A stretch of 64,000 nucleotides of DNA, taken from assembly GCA_035193785.1 (NCBI GenBank), contig CP136572.1, positions 2,484,578-2,548,577 of the forward strand, read 5' to 3'. Within the stretch, counting starts at the first letter, position 1, and each line of letters begins with the position of its first letter. The notes under the pieces were generated by a model, which did not search any database, was not told where the DNA came from, and saw nothing but the letters and a program-made list of their open reading frames with translations. Made by a program: the position numbers and the translations under genes. The DNA is from Planktothrix sp. GU0601_MAG3. Its GTDB lineage: Bacteria > Cyanobacteriota > Cyanobacteriia > Cyanobacteriales > Microcoleaceae. Positions 57,437 through 64,000 of this stretch are shown one piece after another.

Positions 57437-57676
57437 TTAATTTGGTAATTTCTTAATAACTTTAGCCGGATTACCAGCAACGACGGTGAAGGCTTCCACA
57501 TCTTTAGTGACAACAGAACTAGCGCCAATAATAGCTCCTTTGCCGATAGTAACTCCCTCAAGAATAGCGACATTAAATCCAATCCAAACATGATCTTCTA
57601 TGATCACTGGGGCTGATTTTACGTCTAGTTCTTTAGCATCTTTAATAAGAGATAGTTTTAATATCTTACTCATCAA
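57437..57676 (-). pseudogene. Hexapeptide-repeat O-acetyltransferase, C-terminal part only
   Basis: [11 protein letters not shown]...[20 protein letters not shown]...[11 protein letters not shown]; 79 aa, about half the usual size; overlaps the NRPS stop. Confidence 0.6.
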
Positions 57677-60600
57677 GACTTTGGTGGTATTAAGTAACCA
57701 CTTTGAACAAAATAATCAAAGTAAGTTTTTAATACGGAGTTGTCTATGGGCGGAAAATTAAAGTCAGTTTCTTTCAATCCTATTAGGGTGTTTTGATGGT
57801 CAAATTGGGGAGGATTCCCTCGTTCCAAATTTTCATCAGAGAAGTTACTAAGGACTGGTGACAAGACATGATCTTGATTTATTTTACAGTATTCTGCTAA
57901 ATGCGATCGCCATTTTTCAAAAGATACTGACTCTAGGGGATAACCCATTTCCCGAATGTAATTAAATAAAGTATTATTGGGGGTGGGATGGGAATTTAGC
58001 AAATGAAATGCTTTACCCAAAGAGGTTTCTTGACGGGCTAAATGCACAATCGCCGCACTGACATAATCCACAGGAGTTAGGTCTTCATTACTATCCCCAA
58101 AATCGGGAAACATTCCCAATTGAATACAACCTTTAATCATACGACAAAATAAATCTTGAGTGTTACAAATCCCCGTTTTACTATGGCCAATAATACGAGA
58201 TGCTCTAAAAATGGTAATGGGTAAACCCCGTTGACGTGCTTCTAAAATTAATTTTTCTGCTACCCATTTACTTTGGGTATAGCCCGCATTGAGTCCATGA
58301 TTGATACCCAGGGGATCGGACTCTTGAATTAAATTACCTTGGGCATAGGTCGATGAAAAAACGGAAATAGTCGAGATAAAATGGACGGGTTTAGTTTTAT
58401 TTAAACAGGCGAGTCTTAGAATTTCTTCTGTGCCGAAAACGTTGGCAGGTTTGACAATAGAATAGGGATATAAAGCATTGACCCAAGCTCCATTATGATA
58501 AATAACATCAATTGTTTCTGCTAGTTCTAAAAAATCCGGTTCACACAATCCTAAATATTTTTGGGATAAGTCACCGATAACAGGAATAATGCGCTGATTT
58601 TGATTTTCATTGCCTAATTGAAAGGTTTTCAATTTATCGTTGATTTTAGCTAGGGCTGCCTCCAAATGATGACTACGAATTAAACAATAGATATTAGCTT
58701 CAGTTTTTTCTAATAGTTTTCTGCTAATAAATGAATCCCGAGAAAACCCGTCACTCCCGTTAGCAAAATATTAACGGGATTGGCAGTAAATTGATAATCC
58801 TGATTCGGCGGTTGAATGGCATCATCTAAAATAATTTCTGTTTGCCAATCGGGAGTTTGAGTCCTGTCAAAATCCTTAGGTAAAGTTTGAGCTAGGTAAT
58901 TATCTAAATTGGTGGCTAATCCGGCAATTGTTGGTTCAGCAAAGAGATAATTTAAGGGGATATTAATTAATAGTTTTTCCCGCAGTCGAGCCATCATCTG
59001 GGCTGCATTTAAGGAATGTCCTCCCAGGTTAAAAAAGTTATCAAAAATATTAATATTCCCTAAGCCTAAAACCTCTTGCCAAATATCGGCAACAATTTTT
59101 TCCATAGGGGTACGGGGCAGAATTAAGGTTTCATTCCCATCATTTTTTATCGGTATTGGTAAAGCATGACGATCAATTTTCCCACTACTCATTAGGGGCA
59201 ATTCTTTAAGCTCTACAAAAAAGGAAGGAATCATATAATTTGGTAACTTTTCTTTCAAAAAAGACCGCAATTTTGGAATTTCTATAGATGGCAATTCCGG
59301 CACAATATAGGCAACTAATTGTTTATTATTAGGCTCATCTTCCCTGACAATAACTGCGTTAGCTTGTAGGCCAGGATATTCTGCTAGGACGGCTTCAATT
59401 TCACCAATTTCAATACGAAAACCGCGAATTTTGACTTGATTATCAATTCTTCCTAAAAATTCAATATTGCCATCGGGCTGATAACGGGCTAAATCTCCTG
59501 TTTTATATAAACGCCGGGTTTGAGACCCATTAAAGGCATGGGTAATAAATTTTTCAGTAGTTAAATCCTCTCGATTGAGATAGCCTTGGGCTAACCCTAA
59601 ACCCCCAATTAATAATTCTCCTGGAATCCCAATAGGAAGTTGTTGCAGATGGCGATCGCAGATATAAATTTGGGTATTATTGATGGGTTTACCAATGGAA
59701 ACGGAATGAATTTGATTCTTTTTATCCTTGAAGTTAGGGTTAAATAAAGTAGTGGTAATCGTTGCTTCCGTCGGGCCGTAAGCATTCAGCCAAATTAAGT
59801 CATCTCGTTGATAATTAGCGACTATTTTTTGCCAAAGGGTTAATCGTTCTAATAATACTTTTTCACTGCCAGTAATCACTAAGCGTAAGGATTTTGCTAA
59901 GGGCATTTGACTGTGGAATAAATCTAAAACCCATTCATGCCAATAGGTCGCAGGAAGATTAATAATTGTTAAACTTTTTTGCTGAATAAATTGTGAAAAA
60001 TCCCGGAAAGTCGGAAATAGTATTTTAGGTCGCAGGATTAATGTTGCACCGCTTAACAGCGTGGGAAAAATTTCTTCAGCGGCAACATCAAAGGTAAAAG
60101 TGGCGAATTGTAAAACCCGATCTTGCTCGGTTAAATTATAGGCTTTAATAATCGCTAAATTGTGATTGACTAAACTTTCATGTTTAATCATTACTCCTTT
60201 GGGATTGCCCGTTGAACCCGATGTATAAATCAGATAAGCTAAATGCTTGGGGGTGATGGAGTTGGCTAAATTTTCTGGGCTGTGGGTGGCAATTGCCTTC
60301 GCTTCTGTGTCGAGATCAACAACTTTGGCTTGATGGTTAATTACTAAATTTTTTAGGCTATTTTGAGTAATTAATACCGCTATCTGAGCATCATTTAAAA
60401 TATATTCTAACCGCTCTTGGGGATAATCTTCTCCTACAATAATATAAACTCCACCCGCTTTAAGAATGGCTAATAAAGCAATGATAATAGACGGCGATCG
60501 CTCTAAATAAATACCCACGAAAGAACCCGGTTTAACTCCCTGGGATTGTAAATAATGGGCTAATTGATTGACTTGCTGATTTAAGGTTTGATAGGTAATT

Positions 60601-62160
60601 TTTTCCGATTCACATTCTAGGGCGATCGCCTGGGGAGTTTTTAAAACTTGATTTTCCCATAATTCCTGAACACAGACGTTGGGTTTTTCCGTTGTATTAG
60701 TGTTGTTCCACTGGGCAAATAATTGATATTCTGCATCGCTAACTAGGGGTAATAATTCAATTAATTGCTCTGGATTTGCGACAATTCCAGTTAGTAAAAT
60801 TTGAAAGTGATTAATTAAACGCTCAATGGTATCTTGATTAAATAAAGCGCAATTATAATCGAAGGAAACCTACTAAACCTTCGGCGGTTTCCTGCATTGC
60901 TAAGGTTAAATCAAATTGAGCAATTAGGGCATTTAGGGGAACGGGTGTTAACTGTAAATCTCCGATCTGAAAATTATCTATATGTAGTTTATCTTCCCAA
61001 GAAAACATGACTTGAAATAGCGGACTATAGCTAATATTTCGCTCAGGATTAACGACTTCGACCACTTTTTCTAGGGGCAAATCTTGATGCTCATAGGCAT
61101 CTAAAACCACCTGTTTAACTTGAGCAAGCAGGGCTTGAAAAGAAAGATTTTCAGTTAAATGACTCCGAATTACTAAAGTATTAATAAAACAGCCAATTAA
61201 CGGTTCAATTTCCTGAAATTGCCTGTTACCCGCAGGAATACCAATCACAATATCTTTTTGACTACTATAGCGATATAGCAAAACACTAAATGCTGCTAAT
61301 AAAGTCATATTGAGAGTAGTAGCCGAGTTTTGACTTAGGGTTTTAAGTTGTTGGCTTAATTCGCCATTGAGTTTAAATTTACAACTATCACCCTGAAAGG
61401 TTTGCAAAGGCGGACGAGGAGAATCCCAGGGAAGTTCTAATAGGGGAGGAATACCCGCCAATTGTTGTTGCCAATAAGTGGTTTGTTGGGTTAATTTATC
61501 TCCTTGTAATTGCTGCCTTTGCCATACCGTAAAATCTCCATATTGGATCGGTAAATCTGTTAAAGGATTAGCTTCTTGTTTCAGCAAGGCTTGATATAAA
61601 CTAGAAAGTTCTTGTAATAAAACTTTCATTGACCAACCATCAAAAACAGAATGGTGTAAACTGAGAAATAAAATATGAGATTCCGCGCTCAATTTGACTA
61701 TTAAAGTTCGCATTAAGGGAGCTTGAGTTAGGTCAAAGGGCGTATAAATTTCTTGATTGGTTAATCGAGTAACTTCTTCAGTTTGTCGGCTTAAAGATAA
61801 AGATTCTAAATTAATTAAGGGTAAATTTAAGGAAATTTTATGATCAATAATTTGTTGGGGAATTTCATCTATTTCTTGAAAACTGGTACGCAAAACCTCA
61901 TGGCGTTGGACAATGATTTCTAGGGATTTTCTTAATATTTCAACTTCTAAATTGCCTTCTATTTGAAGACGAAAAGGCATATTATAGGTATAACCCTGAT
62001 CTTCTAATTGATAGAGAAACCACAATCTTTCCTGGGAAAAAGAGAGGGGAAGTGGCTGGGAAATATCTCTGGGGGGTATGGTATTGGCTTTTAATCCAAT
62101 CCCTTTTTTTTGTAATAAAAGTCTCAGTAGTTTTTGTTTATCTTGAAATTTATTATTCAT
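57673..62160 (-). CDS. Terminal NRPS module C-A-T-reductase, AerM/SpuB-terminus-like (frameshifts at ~60865 and ~58716)
   Basis: [54 protein letters not shown]. Confidence 0.9.
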
Positions 62161-62301
62161 AATTATAATAGTTAAAGCTAATCTGATTTTAAAATCGTAG
62201 TTTTTCCCCCTTAAATCCCCCTGGGAATGGGGGACTTACTTGAATTTTTAAGAGGTTTATTTTTCCTCCTAAACCATTCGTTTTCTAATGTTTAGCAGAT
62301 C

Positions 62302-63078
62302 CTAAATGGCTGTATAGCCTCCATCCACCATTAAAATTGCTCCCGTCACATAGGAAGATGCGTCCGAAGCTAAAAATATAATGGGGCCAATTAATTCTGA
62401 CAATTCACCTGTACGTTTCATAGGAATTCTAGTATAAAGTTCATTCATTTCATCGGGTGTTGAACGTAATCCTTCTGTTCCTGCCATCATATTATTCATG
62501 TAACCAGGGGCAAAAACATTCACGCGAATGCCTTGATTTCCTAATTCCACAGCCATCGTTCTTGCTAGTTGATTAACACCTCCTTTAGCGGCGGCATAGG
62601 CCCCGGATGATTTGGGAACAGCGACGATACTGGCAATAGAAGAATTCATAATAATTGAACCTTTTTTACCCTGTTTAACCATTTGTTTTGCCGCCAATTG
62701 AGCGCAATTAAAATAGCCTTTCAAGTCAACATTAATCACCGAATCCCATTCTGATTCCTCTAATTCATCGGTGGTTTTGAGAATTTCAATCCCGGCATTA
62801 CAAACCATAATATCGAGTTGACCATAATGGGCGATCGCCTGTTCAATTAAATTCAGACAATCTTGACGATTACAAACATCGGTGTAAATAGCCACCGCTT
62901 CCCCCCCCGCTTGTTGAATCAGTTTAGCGGTTTCTTCAGCCTCCGTTTGATTTATATCGGCAATTACAACCTTAGCCCCAGCTTGAGCCAAACCCTGGGC
63001 AACAACTTTACCAATACCTCTGGCGGCTCCCGTAATAATGGCAACTTTAGCTGTTAAATCGAAAAGATGATTGTTCAT
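62302..63078 (-). CDS. SDR-family oxidoreductase within the NRPS cluster
   Basis: TGAARGIG, NAG, SS, YAAAK, VDGG. Confidence 0.9.
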   Translation of the reverse strand: MNNHLFDLTAKVAIITGAARGIGKVVAQGLAQAGAKVVIADINQTEAEETAKLIQQAGGEAVAIYTDVCNRQDCLNLIEQAIAHYGQLDIMVCNAGIEILKTTDELEESEWDSVINVDLKGYFNCAQLAAKQMVKQGKKGSIIMNSSIASIVAVPKSSGAYAAAKGGVNQLARTMAVELGNQGIRVNVFAPGYMNNMMAGTEGLRSTPDEMNELYTRIPMKRTGELSELIGPIIFLASDASSYVTGAILMVDGGYTAI

Positions 63079-63134
63079 TGTTTTAATTAGATTTGAAGAT
63101 ATTATTTTTTAAACCTTAATCACAAGGGTATTGC

Positions 63135-64000
63135 TTAATCCTGGGATAATAAGGCTTTGACTTCTTCAGGAGACATTTTAGCAATTTCTTGAACCGTAAT
63201 AGCAATTTCGTTCAGTAAATTTTCATCTCCCACGGATTGACTCATTTCCTTTACTAATTGGGCGATTGTCGGATGATTAAATACTTGACGCACGGCAACT
63301 TCTATTTCTAAGGTTTGCCGAATTTTACTAATTAGTTGAATTGCCTTTAAAGAATGTCCTCCTAAAATAAAGAAATCATCCTCAATCCCGACTTTTTCTA
63401 CCGCTAAAATCTCGGCCCAAATTTCCGTCATTACTTCTTCAATTGGACTACGAGGTGCGCGGTAAGTTTGCGTTAATAAAGCTTGATTTTGATCGGGTAT
63501 TGGTAAGGCTTGACGATCCACTTTTCCGTTAGGACTTAGCTTAAAAGATGTCATCGGCACAAAAGCAGACGGGATCATATAGTCGGGTAGCCATTGCCCT
63601 AAAAACCGACGTAATTCTGCAATATTAATGGTTACTCCTGGACGGGGAATAAAATAGGCAACTAGGGATTTTTCCCTCGCCGTTTCACCTTGAAACTGTA
63701 GCCACTCCCTGAATAATTTGGGGATATTGATTTAAAATGGCTTCCACTTCTCCTAATTCAATTCTATAACCTCTAACTTTGACTACATCATCTATTCTGC
63801 CTAAATATTCCAGATCTCCATTGGGTAAATAACGGGCTAAATCGCCGGTTTTATACAGAAAAGAATTTGCCTGAAAAGGGTCAGGAATAAATTTTTTCTG
63901 GGTTAATTCAGGATTATTAAAATAACCCCGGGCTAACCCACCACCAGCGACATATAATTCACCAATAATACCAATCGGAACGGGCTGAAGATAGGAGTTT
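63135..64000 (-). CDS. NRPS, C-terminal A-T part (runs off window end; frameshift at ~63692)
   Basis: [37 protein letters not shown], short acidic C-terminal docking-like helix. Confidence 0.9.

Noticed and set aside
1056..63696. Mass pseudogenisation or programmed frameshifting
   Set aside because: Essential genes are hit, there is no other decay, and the same motif occurs on either strand of the coding sequence. A sequencing artefact is far more likely.

Overview
Chromosomal DNA from a filamentous cyanobacterium. Evidence: psaE, ndhO, ycf34, PSRP-3, frequent HIP1 GCGATCGC sites and heptamer STRR repeats. The style suggests Planktothrix/Oscillatoriales (inference). Most of the window is housekeeping and signalling genes. 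Accessory content: (1) an eroded type V-K CRISPR-associated transposon (CAST) at about 11886-17810, mostly missed by the ORF track. It retains a left end, a truncated repeat plus 17-nt tRNA-like homing spacer, a cas12k fragment, a tniQ fragment and inner right-end TnsB sites, and it carries a Dcm / Z1-helicase / PD-(D/E)XK defence-like cargo. (2) An IS200/IS605 element with intact tnpB and deleted tnpA. (3) Two tandem beta-helix / Pro-Thr linker / RTX surface proteins. (4) The 3' end of an aeruginosin/spumigin-like NRPS cluster ending in a C-A-T-reductase module and an ABC transporter. Window-wide, about 23 frameshifts, some in essential genes, are each repaired by removing one base from GAAAC/GTTTC. 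This looks like a motif-specific sequencing error at GAAC/GTTC, the classic DNA phosphorothioation consensus. Split genes are therefore reported as joined CDSs.
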